Assembly: GCF_008831285.2 (NCBI RefSeq)
Contig: NC_045138.2
Span: 8,618,001-8,682,000, forward strand
Length of the DNA stretch: 64,000 bases
Source of the DNA: Nymphaea colorata
Lineage: Eukaryota
Reading direction: 5' to 3'
Positions 1-26,000 of the stretch are shown one piece after another. Each line of letters opens with the position of its first letter. Positions within the stretch are counted from its first letter, which is position 1. Made by a program: the position numbers and the translations under genes. The notes beneath the pieces were generated by a model. That model had not been told where the DNA came from. It searched no databases and was given only the letters and a program-made list of their open reading frames with translations.

Positions 1-153
1 CAAGAAATATTTCACTTTTCTGATATAAAAAGTTTTTCAAGAAATATTTCACTTTTCTGATATAAAAAGTTTGAAAATGATATTTCGGCCCTTGTCAAAA
101 TTTGAAAACTTTAATCCAGCCTTCCTCATTAAAAATTTCTAGCTCCGCCGCTG
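1..153. mobile_element. Right end of a CAGTGGCGGAGC-type MITE (truncated by window edge)
   Basis: Ends in aaaatttctagctccgccgctg (revcomp CAGCGGCGGAGCT). Related to copies at 24628-24841 and 33453-33675. Contains a 35-bp tandem duplication near the start. Confidence 0.55.
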
Positions 154-821
154 CTTAAGAGAGCATTTAAAATACAAAATTTCCTCCTTCTTTCAGCATG
201 ACTCGCGCCATGTAAATGACCCATCTCAAATGGAGCTGTTTAATGAGTAATCAACTTATCGTTGATCATGTCATGAGGTGAAATTGAGGATGTAAATGGG
301 TGGGTAAGATCAGATTATGGACCCAAACTCGATTGATTTAATCGAATCCTATAAAGCAAAAAGTCAAAACAATTTTGTGTATAATTTAGGCATCTAAATC
401 CAGATCCAAATCTAAAACTCGATAAATTAAAATCTGACTTTATTATACATGAAAGGCAGGCCTTACGCTTGTACGGGTCAGGTTCAATTCAAAATCTTGA
501 ATTCAAATCCAAAAACAATTCTACCTCTCTTTAAGAAAGAACCACTTGAAATATTGGATATGGTAAACAGTGGATCTAGTCCGGGTCCTATCGTGTTGGT
601 TCGAATCACTAATCTGCCAACCACTTATGGGTCTTAAAAAATTAATTAAACGCAATACTAAGAAAGAAAAAGAAATCAAAAGATCCTTTCATAAAAGGTG
701 TCAACTCCATTTTCTAATCTCCAATAAGTCAAAAAGGTTTTGAATGGCCTCCAATGGTCATGCATGACGTGGGTGGCAGGTTTCTTGTCAAACTTTGAAT
801 GATTGTCACTTTTGTCAACTT

Positions 822-1094
822 AATATATATATATATATAATACTACTTAAGTAAAAACAAAAACCAAAGCCATTAATACTAACCAGTAATTTTGTAAGAA
901 ATATATATTCAATTAATTTTTTTACTATAAAAATGTTTTTTAATAACAAAAAAATAGTTGACTGTGATATCATTAAAATTTTGATAGTAGAAAGATCAAT
1001 TTTTTATAAAAGTCATTTAAATTAAATTTAGATTTACTTTTTAAAATAAATAAATGTAAGAGGTCTAAATGGTCTGATATTTATTAATCACTCA

Positions 1095-1152
<58 letters not shown>
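822..1152 (-). repeat. AT-rich dispersed repeat bounded by (TA)n tracts, copy 1
   Basis: The reverse complement (…ttttataaaaattgatctttctactatcaaaattttaat…) matches 39450-39700 and 44201-44460. TA runs occur at both ends. Confidence 0.55.
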
Positions 1153-1156
<4 letters not shown>

Positions 1157-1690
1157 ATAAAGAGTGGGAGAGAAGAGAGTTTGGTCAAGAACAAAACCCT
1201 GACCACGGCAAATGGAGAAGCTGGAGTCGGCAGCGGTTTCATATGACTGAGTCAGTCCTGTATTATATTATTATTATTATTATTATTACTATTACAACCT
1301 TTTTCTTTTTTTACTATTATTTACTAAATATTGGTAGTCTGTCACCAGGCACTGTTGAGAGACTGTGTGAAACTTATTTGTTATTGTGGAATCACATGGC
1401 ATTGAGGAACCAGTGAAAGAAGATGAGATGGAGACAGGACGACGGAATTTAATGTAATCGGCAGAGAAAGAGAAGGAGGTGGTGGTGAATGCTTGTGGGG
1501 GATTCTTTAATGTGGCTGCTGAATTTAGTTGTCCCTGGAAACCGGTGTTGCCGACCACCGATTTACATGCAACAGGAGCATCCCCTGGTGATTATGATAC
1601 ACATCAATTGAACAAACACATTCACATATACGTTGTTGAATTATTTGCATTGACGATGAGATAACTTTATATATATATTTTTTTATTTAC

Positions 1691-2013
1691 GGCTTGTTTT
1701 GTTGGAAAGGAAAGGAAAACATAGTCAATCCGGTGTTTGGTTAGTTAAGTAAGAAGGAGAGTAATGAATGGAAAACAAAAAAGTATGTTTGGTTGCAAAT
1801 GAAAGGAAAGAAAAAGAAATGGCAACTCAATATAAATCCAATCTATGTAAGCAAAAGAGTTTCTCATTTCCTTTCTATTCAAACAAACTTTATAATTATT
1901 TCTTTCTATTCCTTTACTTTCCTCTCCGTTTTCTCCCTATTCTTTTCCCCTCCTTTCCTTTTTATTCATTTTCATTTCTTTCTTTCATTTTCTTTCCCTC
2001 CATCCATACAAGC
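1691..2013. mobile_element. Tourist-like MITE (purine-rich left arm, pyrimidine-rich right arm)
   Basis: Imperfect terminal inverted repeat ggcttgttttgttggaaaggaaag … ttctttccctccatccatacaagc. Confidence 0.4.
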
Positions 2014-2879
2014 TGTTAGAACTGGACATCCCGTGGACCGGTCGACCCAAGGCTCAACAAAGGTGGGCTTAGACAGACCTAAAGTCCTTACAAGAAGTTC
2101 AAGCCCAGCCCATTTAGTTATTAGGTTGAGCCTAACTATCAATTTCATGACTGTCGAGTATTCGATAACATGTCCACCTTTATTTTAAACTCTCTTTTTT
2201 TTCATTTTAAATATCTTAGAAAGCCACATTCTATTTTTTTTAAGAAAGAGAAAGAGAGATTACTGCTTGCAAAAAATGGTGGTATTTGGAAGTGAGGAAA
2301 AAAAAGGCAAAAAACACAGAGAACCATAATTCAAACAGGCCAAGTTGGACCTTTTATACCCGAAAAGAGAAAGTGAGAGGAAAAGATGGAAAATATAAGA
2401 TAGATTGTATTTTGGGTGACTAATTAAAGGTGAGGAAAAAGAAACAAAGACAAAAAATTGTTTTTGGTTCTAAAGAAAAGGAAAGAAGATGAAGAAAGAG
2501 GAAAAATATTGACAAAGGTACTATTTTCGATCCCTTCAACAACGGAGAGATTGCCAAGAAAAGAAGATGCCATTCATTTTCATTCCTTTCTTTTCCTTCC
2601 CCCATCATTATAGTGTATCTTCTTTTCTATCTAAGCTCCAAGAGACATAAAATAGCAGGCTGGACTGGCGAACCAGTGAAAGTCTAATCATCAGTTTGAT
2701 TCTTGTGAGTGCTAGCTATTCTTTTAGATCAGGATTGTAAACAGTAGATGCACAATATTGTAATTGACAAATACATCGTTTTTCACCGTATCCTAAAGCG
2801 GCCTAGAGGCAGATGAAAGAGGGGAGAGACTTCAGCCTCTTTAAGGTACATCCAAACATGCTAGACAAAAGGAGAGACC

Positions 2880-3450
2880 CTATATTAGTCTCAAAGCTGC
2901 ATTCAATTGTCTCGGATTTGTGGGGCCATCTCCCTCTCCCTTAATTAGATGGCTGAAGCCTTCACTTTGGCTGGTCAAAGCCCTTATTTCTAGTAAAATT
3001 GATGATATCAAGTCCTTCATTTTTAGGACAAAACCCTCTATTTCTTTCTCTCTCAAACCCTTGAACGCCATTAGCTGAGGGTTGCTCTCTCTCCTTCAAA
3101 TTGTTAGCTTTCATAGCCCAATGTTGATCTCTCTCTCTCTCTCTCATTGTATGGCTTTGCACCCACAGTCAAAGGGCTTGGTCTCCATTATAGGAAACCT
3201 ATCAAATGTGGATTTTAGGCCATACATGGATATTAAATACGTGAATCTAACGTCTGGCCTTATAGAACTTTCTAAGGATCCTATTTGGCATATGAGATCC
3301 AGAGCTATCATACATACCTTTAGCTCTAAAAACCAAAGAGTAAGAGTCCTAACCATGCTAGTTTTACTCGTAAGATCAAGATATGAGTGCATAATTTGCA
3401 TTTCTTGTACAAAAAGAATTAGTAATCAAGTTTGCTTTCTTCCTTCAGGA
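2880..3450 (-). pseudogene. Possible highly degenerate non-LTR retrotransposon (LINE) fragment
   Basis: Broken ORF pieces (LLEIRALTSQSEGFSHL…) only weakly recall the LINE RNase H-like C-terminus; no diagnostic motif. Confidence 0.2.
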
Positions 3451-5059
3451 TGAAGAGGCAGAGTATTTTATCCTATTACCCACTGAAGAGTGGAAGCTCC
3501 CACTCAAACCCTAGTCCCCCTAAGGTATATGACCTCTTATTCTCTTTTTCTAAAGTCAGGAATTGAAGGCTGCTCGCATATATAAAATATGTACAGTTGT
3601 GATAGCTATGCAATGGCAAAGCCAACATTTTCAGCGAGGAAGCAGTAACCTAAGAACTTCCAATTGAAAAAGCACCAATATATAAAAGTATGTGGTCGTA
3701 TAGAGTTATTGGAAAGTTAGGTTAGGGCAGCATGTGCCCCTCTTTCTTGTATGTGGCTCTACCACTCTAGAGCTGAGCTTGAGCTTCACTGGACATGTTA
3801 CCTACCAACTGCCATTGATGTCGGATTCAACTCCAGGGAAGAGCTGAAAGACAACAATGCCCTTGAACTGTAAAAAAAGAAAAAAAAGGGTCCTATAAGG
3901 ACATAATTGGAAAATAAAATGTTCCTTCTTTTTCACGAACGTAAAATAAAGTACCTTTAATTTTAAAGAAAAGAAAAAGAAATGCCCAACTATGTTGAGT
4001 CTAATCTTTGACACCTAGTATTGACCGGAGCACTTTGAGTTGAGTGCGCCACTCGGTGCACACAAGACATATAGGCCAAAAAAAAAAAAAAAAGAAGGTG
4101 GGAGTTGGGTTATTCTGTAAATTATTAAAAAAAATCCTTTTTAGTCTTTTTACTTTATTCACTTTTCCTTTTTGTTCTTACAATTTTTTTTTTTATTTAC
4201 AACAAACATTTTGGTTAGTTATTAAGCATACTGACACAAAAAACAAAAAAAGTGCACTAGAGGGCGAATATAACCAGCTCTGTAATTTTTATGGGCAGGT
4301 GGGTGCTCAATTCGATTACTAGTGTTTGAGGGATTGGGTGTGCAAGAAATTTGTTGCACTGCTATTATAAGAGTTATAAAAGTGTAGTGTTGTACTTACA
4401 AGTGTGAATTGCAAGCCTTTAGAGAGAGAGAGAGAGAGAGAGAGGGGACACAAAAGGAAGCATGTTTCTTGCAGGATGCACAATTTTTCTTGCCAAATTC
4501 AAATTCAGATCCAAGTTTTCTTTTTCTTCAATTGGGTTTTCAATGAACATTGGACATTTTCGGAATATATCATTACCTAAATTGAACAAGCGTGAGAAAC
4601 CGAATATTGTAGATCGCTTTTAGCAGTGCAAAATGCTGACTTCAGGTCACACGTACGCTTGGGTAGGTACCTAATTTTGCTTTAAAGTATGAACATGACT
4701 TGAACTAAAATATGAACCTAATTGCATGCAAAAGTCAGCTAGCTCCTACTGATAGGATCTGAGTTAATTAATCATAACAGATCTTATGTTCGATTATAAT
4801 AGCCAAGTCTAAATTTGATTATAGAATTAAATAATTGCCCATATTGAATTCAACTCTGATTCGATTACATTCAGCATGTTGACCGATTGAGCAGCAGCTT
4901 TTAACAAGACACAGTGAAATTAATATGAGCCAACATCTAACTATCATTTTATCGTTTGTCGACAGTTTTGAATTAGTTAATCGTCGCATGCTTTATTCTT
5001 CCCCTCACAAGGGAGTGTTGGATTAGTGAAAGTTATGTGACCAATTTGATTCATGTAAG

Positions 5060-5181
5060 CACTATTTCATTAAACTACAAGCATAACAACACTTTAATTG
5101 ATGGGTGTTCCATTTTTCACCACTATTTCATTAAACTATAAGCATAACAACACTTTAATTGATGGGTGTTTCATTTTTCAC
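5060..5181. repeat. 61-bp tandem duplication
   Basis: cactatttcattaaacta(c/t)aagcataacaacactttaattgatgggtgtt(c/t)catttttcac at 5060-5120 and 5121-5181, 2 mismatches. Confidence 0.9.
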
Positions 5182-6725
5182 CTATCCGGCGGCAAGGAAA
5201 AAGAAGAAAGAGATTTCGGTTCTCGGTATGTACCTCTTCCATCCACTTGCAAGATTACATTGAAGAATAATTTGTCGTTTACATAGTTTTGTAAAATGGT
5301 CATTGTCATTTACCATATCCTTTTTTTTACTGTTTTTTTGTGGTTTGCCACAAAGAATCAGTCAACCTCTTGGACAAGCCAACACAGCCTTTAACCCTGA
5401 AGCCTAGGAAAAAAAGGAGAACAGCCTCAACCCTCTCCCTTCTAACAGTTTATAGATGATTATCAATAAAATATTACTGTTTTATTTCTAAAGAACTCCA
5501 AAGCATACTTGGTTGACCCACCGAGTTGGCTTGGGAATCACCCAAAGTCAACTCAGATTGGTAAAATGGCCCGACCCATTCATGACTTGCTCCTGACTCG
5601 GCCATGACTCACCCAATTTAAGTTGCTTTAAAACTCGACCGAATATACGAGTCAACTTGCTAACCCAATGACTCGATCATTAGTTTATTCGAGTTCGAGT
5701 CACAAGTTTGTCAACTATACTTCAAAACCGTGGCAGAGCCACATGGTGACTGATGTAAGCAGTTACCCACACAAGCTTCACAAAGTTTATTTATTTTTAC
5801 ATTAACAGTTTAATCTATTTGATTGTTTATATATGTAAATGTCTATAAAAGCATTAAAGTTATTGAATTAGTACATTTGTAGCTTCCTTCGCTAGTGTTA
5901 AAGTTGTGTTTTGCGAAGCAAACCATCAAAATCTTGGGAATTATGTATCGTAAATCATGTGCTTGTTCAATGTCAACGTTGAACAGCCAGTATCTTTCGA
6001 TTTGTAAAATCTGATGAATTCAATGACCAAGAAAGAAGATTTTGTGTCCGCTGTCTCCGGACCACATTCATATAACTTAGCAAAAGAGGCTCGAAAAATG
6101 AGTCAACTGTAGAGTTTCAAAAGCAAAACCATTGAGATTCTCTTTTTACAAAAACCATCGTGCATTTTATTCGTTCCCAAGGGTTTGCTTTTTTCCATGC
6201 GCCGATGACTTTTAACTTCAACTAAAATGTTGACTTGCCAGAAAAATGAAAGATTATATTGACAAATGTACAGGCAGTGGAGTGTCTCACCTTTGAGACC
6301 GAATTCTTTATCGTATGAAGAAATCTGAAAAAAGACATTTGATCAAAGAGAGGAAAAAAGATGTCCGTATAGTCCCTCCTCAACTTGTAAAAGTTTTGAA
6401 TCTGGACGATCCCGATCTGCTTGAATGTGGCCGACAGACCGAGTCGCTTGAGGCTTCCGTCGTCGTCATCATCCTGCCCTTGCGTCACCTACCAACTCTC
6501 CTTATCCTTCCATCTCATTGATTGAGCTCACCTTCTCCCTGCGTCGAAAGGCAAAAGGGAAGCGATGGTGAAAAAAGCTACAGCCTGCTGGGCCGCCCTG
6601 TCTTCATGTGTGTTCGCGGGTGACGCTGCTTGTTCACAAACGCGAGAGAGAGAGAGAGAGAGAGAAGTCAACTTCCATCTGAACAGCCGATGGAGGAAGA
6701 GGGACCACAGCAGCAAGCAAGTTCC

Positions 6726-6774
<49 letters not shown>

Positions 6775-7056
6775 TTGTTGGTCAGTGTATATGTGGGAGA
6801 TGTGCTCTTTGGAAAATGTTACACCCACCTTCCACCCAACTGAATAAAGAATTGGCCCTTCTGCCTCCTGTTTCTAAAAATCCCTGGCCTGCCCCACGGG
6901 CGTAACCAGAAGAAGATGATCTTTATAAGTCTTCTCTCCCCTGTATGATTGGTTAAGAATGATCACATTGCTACGGAGCTGTCAATGAATAAATAATTTT
7001 GAGCAAGGCCAACATTAGAAACGGCCTTGGATAGTGTTACCCAGGTGCGGAAAGCC

Positions 7057-19327
<12,271 letters not shown>

Positions 19328-21344
19328 CTCTGAGAAGTGTCATTTTTCCAAGCTGCGGTATGATTTGTCGATGGCCAATAGCTATATCTTGTGAAAAGCA
19401 GTTCACTCTGTAACTGCAGAAGGTCTAGCGTATGCTGCTTCATTCGGTACCTGTCATTTTTGTGAGCCTGGTCTGTTACATGTTTTCATTTTGTAGAATA
19501 CTTTTGGTGTAAAATGTTTGCAAGCTTACATCGAATTGGATTGTGGTTAAACATATTTCCTTGTACACCAAATCGATGAAGTTCTGATGCGTCTTCCCGT
19601 GATTTTTGAACAAAAGACCAAATTCAATGTTGATGAATTTTTCAATAAACTCAATTCCAGAACATGAAAAGACAACCAATTGTAGATTTTCAATTTCAGC
19701 ATACGGAGCTTCGTCCAACAGATTCAATTATTCTCCCTTCCTTTTCTCTGGAGAGAACAGAAGTTCAGTACCTTAATACTCAGCCTATATTATTGAAATG
19801 TTTTTCCTTTTTTTTTTCCCACTGTAGTTCCCTTTTCATAGGTCCCTGGTTCTATCATTTTTCTTCTCCTTCAATAGTGTATCATGCGAGCAGATTGGAG
19901 ATCCACATCCATTGCATAGTCTGCACCTTTTTTGGTTATTTTTCAATTGTATGGAAGTGGAGATCTCCAGCAGGCTCATTGGAGCTCCTCTCTCTCTCTC
20001 TCTCTCTATCTCAAGAAAATCCAGGATTGACTAAAAGTGAGACTGTTAAAACAGCCTTGATGCACTCAACGCAGTACATCTTAACCTTGGTAGTTCTCAG
20101 CTACTGGTAAAATATCAGTTATTTTACCCTAAGGCCCATTTTGCTTGGCACAATTGGGAATGAATTCCAGGAAAAGCAATACAAAAAGAAAGATTCTTCC
20201 ATTGGTAGTAAGGATCAAGAGGTTTATCAGTCGGAGTCGAAGTTTATCTGGCTTCGTGCATGAACTTCAAATTAACTGAACATCGCAAGAAAGTAATTGT
20301 ATATAATCTCAAGGAGACTAAAAAAAAAAGCAAACCACCTGCTGGATGATAGGCCTCGAACCAATTTATTAATTAAAAAATTATCCTGAACAAAGAATTA
20401 AAAGAACAACAAACGGTGAAGAAAGAAAAGGAAAAAGAGAAGCGTAGAAATGACAGAGATTTCCTAAGCACAAAAAGCAAACAGAGATCCCATCCATCGC
20501 AGGTTCTGACCTAACAATACGGAACACCTGCAAAAATTTATTGATCAGATTAAAACCCACGAACAATGGACTTTTGCCTTCCAAGCATGACAGAATCCGT
20601 AGAAGCCAATGTCTCTGATTTGAGACGAGAATAACCCTCCTGCCGTAGCGGGCAGGAACCCACTCAAGCACTCTTTCTAGCGCTTCATATTCTTGAAACC
20701 ATTGCCGCAAATATCATTCTCGACTTTAATGGCAAGGTTTTTTTAGGGTATTTTTTTGGCAAAGTTTTTTTTTTCTTTATCCAAAAAATCTCTAGAAAAG
20801 CACAGCAAATTTTAAAAAATTATAAAATTTCTAAACATTAGAGAAAAATAAAATAAATAAGAACTTAATAAGAAGACATAATTAAAACTAGATGGAAGTG
20901 ATACAAAGGATGTTTAAATGATGATAAAAATAATGAAAAAATAATTTTAATTTAAGTTTAAAATGGAATCAATGCTAATATTACTGTTAAAAAAAATAAA
21001 CATAAAAAGGTAGGAAAAATTGTAAAAAAATCGTGATAAATTTAGACTTTTATTTTTCTAAAATTGTGATTTTTTTCATTTTATTTTTCCATTTTTCCAT
21101 TAATATGGTGATATTTTCAAGAATAACACGTGATGCTAATTGAAACCTCCCACTGGCAATGAAGGGCTTGATATAAAAGGATTCTGGTCACTGGGATTTA
21201 ACTTCATAAATTCCATACTGGCCAGGCCCTGGCCAGGCCTTCTAACAATCTAAACACAAGCAGCACCATCACTTAGGTCAGACCAAGGGTCAGACAGAGG
21301 TTCCAGAAGATCCCAGACATTGAACTCAGTCTTGTTATGGATAA

Positions 21345-21680
21345 CGCTGAGCACTGAGCCGGCCGGATACCCAATGAGTACGCCATATCCGGTTTCAACT
21401 CAGGCCCAAGCCCGAAAATTGGGCACCGGCCCGACCCGACCTAATAAGTTGTCAGGCCAGCAAGACTTGACCTGATAACTTACTTTTTCTATCATTTTAT
21501 TGATTTATATATATTTTATTATAATTTTTATTTATACATGATTTTATATTAAAAAATATATTCTTTTATTTTAACCACACAGGGCAGAGCCTGGGCTTGG
21601 GCTTTGGGTAGTCAGGCCGAGCTCATGCCGGAATGACAGACTGTGGCCCAGTTCGAGCCTGACTCTATGCCCAGCCTTAA
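21345..21680. mobile_element. hAT-like MITE remnant (ccgacccgacc/gggcttggg subterminal motifs, AT-rich core)
   Basis: GC-rich arms flank an AT-rich centre; ends …atgcccagcctta. TSD not resolved. Confidence 0.4.
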
Positions 21681-22099
21681 TTATAAAATAATGCATCGAC
21701 ACACACTTTCTTTACAAGATTCCATAATGAGAGTCCTCATTCATCAAAGCTTGTTTTTAGCTGTACAGTACAAAGTCGTCCGTATCAGCAGGTGAGCCAA
21801 TTTGCTCTTGGAGAGGCATCTTTCAGCCAAATCCACTTCCTCCATGTTTCAACAAGATGAGCCTCCCTAACTTTTTGCCACCATGCAACAAAATTTGATG
21901 TCTCAACAGGGTGACAGTCCAACAACAACTGGTCCTCGTAGTTTTGTAACCATGGAACATCCACTTTCCACCTGCAAAGAAGTTCCTTGAACTGTTGAAC
22001 AGAGCCAACACTATAGCCACCCACCGGCTCAAGGTTTCCTCGAGTTGATCATATTCATCCACTGTCAGCAGGGAATATAAACAAACCTCTGCCCACTTA

Positions 22100-25000
22100 C
22101 AATGAAGTCAGGGAGGGGTATTCCCCTTCCATTAAAAAGCAAAAGAATACAAGAATGAAAAATATTTGCAAGACAAAAAAACAAAAGGTTTTTTAAAGCA
22201 AAAACAGAACCGCCTAGGCTCTGATGGCCATCTGCTCCATAAGCGCAGGGATATACAGTTAACTGACACAAAGTCAGTACACATTAACATTTAAAGCAGT
22301 TATGAACAAGGGGTGAGGTAACGTATGATCCTTCCAGAAGTGGGAGTTAGAGTGAATTTTGAGCAACTCCACTCCAAGAGAGATTTCCGTTAACAAAAGA
22401 TCTGAAAAGAAGTTTGACTTTAATCTGGTCCATAATATGTCGTCCAGTCATCTGCTTTTTAATAATTGGATGCTCATCTAACCATAATATCCCAGCACAA
22501 AACAGTCAACTCCATACAAAACAGTAAGCACCACTTCAACTATGCAGCCCAACATCATACAAAACAGTAAGCACCACTTCAACTATGCAGCCCAACATAT
22601 CTTTGATTTTTCAGTGTGGGGAGAATGATTTAATCATGAGCCAGTGTTGGATAGCTATCTTAACAGCATCTGGCCATTCCTGTTTGTGAAACAGTTCGCA
22701 GCATGAATTCCAAACCTCCCTTTTTGCATCAGTGACGGGTTTGACATTGCCTTTATGAATAGCTAAGTTTCTATAACTTCAAATTTTCCACAAAATAACA
22801 TTAAAGCACAAAACCCAACACTGACAAAATTCCTTACAGCAAAATCTTTTACGTCACCACCAATCCCAGGCCCTATCACACTTGTTTGTTATAAACCCTC
22901 TAACCTTCAACCAGGATAAAATATGTTTCCAAATGCATGTAGCAAAAGAACAAGAAAAAAACAAATGAGTGTCATCCTCCATAAGTCTGCTGCATAACCT
23001 GCATTGAGATGCAAGCAGGAGACCCATTCTCTGAGTCCATTTTTCTCTAGGGGGCCTATGAAAACTCCGAACATAAGAAAACCAACGTGCTCGAAGGAGA
23101 CTCGTAGATTGCCAAAGATCGCATGTCCATTTCACCTCAGTCCCCCGCACCCTAACATGTTCCCATATTTGTCTTTGAGATGTAATGGCTTCAAAGTACA
23201 TTTACAACTTAGAAAATCAGCAGCATAGGTCAGATCATATATATTTTGAAGAGGTCCCCACCTCTCCTTACTATTACTGTCCATGGAGAGAACCTCCTCG
23301 ATACATTTATCTCGAAGGGATTCCACATCTCCATAATGCTAAGGATGGACTGAATTTAAAAGGATACCATCATGTCATGGATCATACCAGATTTTGGCCA
23401 ACTCACCATTGTGAACGACCCAACAAACATCATTTTTAATCTTCTTCCATTCAACTATTATGTCATGCCACAAAGGGGCAAGATTACCCCCAAGATGAGA
23501 GCTCCATGTACATAATCTGGCCCAAAGATCTGGCTGAATAAGAGCAACCCAAGGCAAGAAAGCTAAATTAGGAGTGCTAATTTCATTAATGCCAATACCA
23601 CCTTCTTTTATAGGCAATGAAAGAATATGCCAGGAGATGAGATGGAGTTTGCCTTTATCATCTTGATCACCCCACAAAAACTTTTTCATTATGCTTTCCA
23701 TGCACTTAATGACAGAGGATGAACATTTAATAACTGATGCCCAATAAGCAGGAAGAGCAGTCAAGACTGATTTAATAAGACATATTTGGCCAACATAGGA
23801 TAAAAGCTTCCCTTTCCGCAAGCTTAATTTATTCTGCATTTTAAGGAGAACTGAATCCCAAACAAACTTTCCCAGATTTTCCGGACGTAAGGGAAGACCC
23901 AAATGAGTAGTGGGAAAAAACCCTTGTTGCCAACCAAATTGATGAGTAATATAAGAAACATCACGATCAGCAGGGCGAAATGGAAAGAAGAGAGATATGT
24001 CTCTATTTATTTTCATACTAGCACCGTATTCGAGGTTGGAAATGATAACTTCCAGTACGTGTCAATGGTATGGGTGAGCTCTGAGGAAAAGCATCAGATC
24101 ATCGACATAAATTGTGGAGACGACACCCTCCACTCTGTTATCCAGCTTCGGCATGAAGAGGGACTTGCCCACAACAGCAGCTTGCAAAGATTTAAAGAAC
24201 ATCTCCACTACTAAAAGAAACAGATAGGGTGACAGAGAATCGCCTTGGCTAAGACCACGGGTCGTATCCAAATAATCACTTCCCTGAGAAGCCATCATCA
24301 CAACATAAGAAACACTAAGCGACATAAACCATAATTGGATCAATCTAAACTGGATGAAATCGGAGATGTGACATAGCAGGCCTCAAGAACCTCCAACTAA
24401 CCTGCTCGGATGCTTTAGAAAGATCCATCTTAATACCTATACATGGGCTTCTGTCTTGAGACATCGCGTAGACCATCTCGTGTGCCAGTAGGAAGCTATG
24501 ATGAATGCTCCTTTGTCCCAAGAAAGCACCTTGACAGCTATGGCAAAATCTTTCTCATACGAAAAACCATATTTAAAAATACTGTTTTCAAGGGCAATTG
24601 GTCTAAAGTTAAAGATGTGACTCTCTGCAGCGGCGAAGCCAAGGTAGGCCCAGCTTGGGCATGGGCTCCACATCAAATTCTTTTTTCTTTTTTTTAAAAA
24701 AATTTATATGTAAATTTTAAAAAACTTCATTTGTTTTATATAAAAAATTTGAAAAAAATGATATTTCAGACCTACCTAGTCAAAATTCAAAAACTTTAAT
24801 TGAACCCTCTCATAAGAAAAAACTTCTGTCCTTCTTCACTAATCTTTGGTAGCTGCACTCACATTCGGCCCGACAATGTCTCTATGTTTTGGAGGAAGGC
24901 ATTGGGAAAACCATCAGAGAACTTTGAGGCCTAGCCTACATAACGGCATAGAAGATCTCGTCATCTCTTATTTGTTGGATGAGGTCGGCATTGTTCTACT

Positions 25001-25402
25001 CTAAAACCATTGGGCCATCCCATAAAAGCGTATGGAGACTCCCTATAGAGCCATCTTGTGAGTAAAAATTGTTAAAATGTCTCATGCAGGCCTTTAATAT
25101 ATGATCGTGACCACTAAAGGTGCCATCGTCTGTTTTCCAAAATATTTTGTTTTTTTGTTTTTTTTTTGCGGTTACTTCTTTTTCTATACATATTATGAAA
25201 AAATTTAGTGTTCGTATCTCCTTCTTTGAGCCATTGGACCATGTATCATGCCAGAATTTTATATCCCATTTTCTCATTTTCCTCTGCACAAAGTTAGCTA
25301 TTTTCTCCCAGCCCCATCGAATTCCTCTAAGCACCCACGTCGCTTCCTTGCAATTTTTGATCGACCATAGGCTATGGATGTTTAATATATCTATTTAATA
25401 AA
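22100..25402 (-). mobile_element. Degenerate L1-type LINE ORF2 (RT, zf-RVT), interrupted by a MITE and by copia element 2
   Basis: Motifs in order on the minus strand: GDTNTKFFH (~25200), DGFP (~24910), FRPIAL (~24600), KMDLSKA (~24420), GLSQGDSLSPYLF and YVDDLMLF (24062-24343), HLGLPL/LIKSVL/PAYW (23375-24016), CRLC…HLFFSCSFA (22854-23201). Many stops and frameshifts. Confidence 0.88.
24628..24841. mobile_element. CAGTGGCGGAGC-type MITE inserted in the LINE RT region
   Basis: Starts cagcggcgaagcc. The AT-rich body (gtcaaaattcaaaactttaat) matches the copy at 1-153. It splits LINE coding motifs. Confidence 0.65.
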
Positions 25403-25800
25403 TGTTGGAACTTTGCTAGGAATCTAGATAGCGCACAAACGAATATGCAGAAATCAAAAGAGACATTCATGATTCATGTGTTTCATAAAGGACGGAAGAA
25501 GAACCTGTAGAGGCGACCGCCGACTGAATGTCGGCGGCTGTGGGAAGAACGACTACAGTCCCCATAGAGTCGTTCCTCTGCGGAGGTAGCGGCGGCGGCG
25601 GCAATGTGTTTCTTTCCTCAGCCATAGCAGCCCAGTGATAGGGACAGGCAATTCATGTATGGCTAAGGGGACCGATTACCCAGACGGTAAAAACTTGATG
25701 TGTCTCACACCATCACAAGACACAAACATTTATACTTAGGGTCCCAAACGGATATGGACCCGTATCGACGCAGGACTATTCAGATGGGGAAATCACAACA
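25403..25800 (-). repeat. 3' LTR of copia element 2
   Basis: TG…CA; direct repeat of 31697-32094. Confidence 0.95.
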
Positions 25801-26000
25801 ATCTCCCACTAGTTCAAGTCGATATCGAGGGTAAACAGAATGAATGGACTAGCCTTAAAATCCATTCTAAGGTCCCACCTTGTTGTCTTACAAAACTTCT
25901 CAACAAACAAACGAGAATACAAAATAAATAGACAACAAACTTAATGAGAATCAACAAACTGTATGTGATCACATTCATAAATGTTTGCATAATAGTGTGT

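Noticed and set aside
6222..6905. Short ORFs and GA tracts upstream of HIPL1
   Set aside because: No recognisable domain or consistent splice structure. Could be promoter, UTR or non-coding transcript, but nothing supports a call.
22500..22600. Short tandem duplications (also 16885-16975, 32205-32295, 55108-55182)
   Set aside because: Ordinary local duplications with no evident function.
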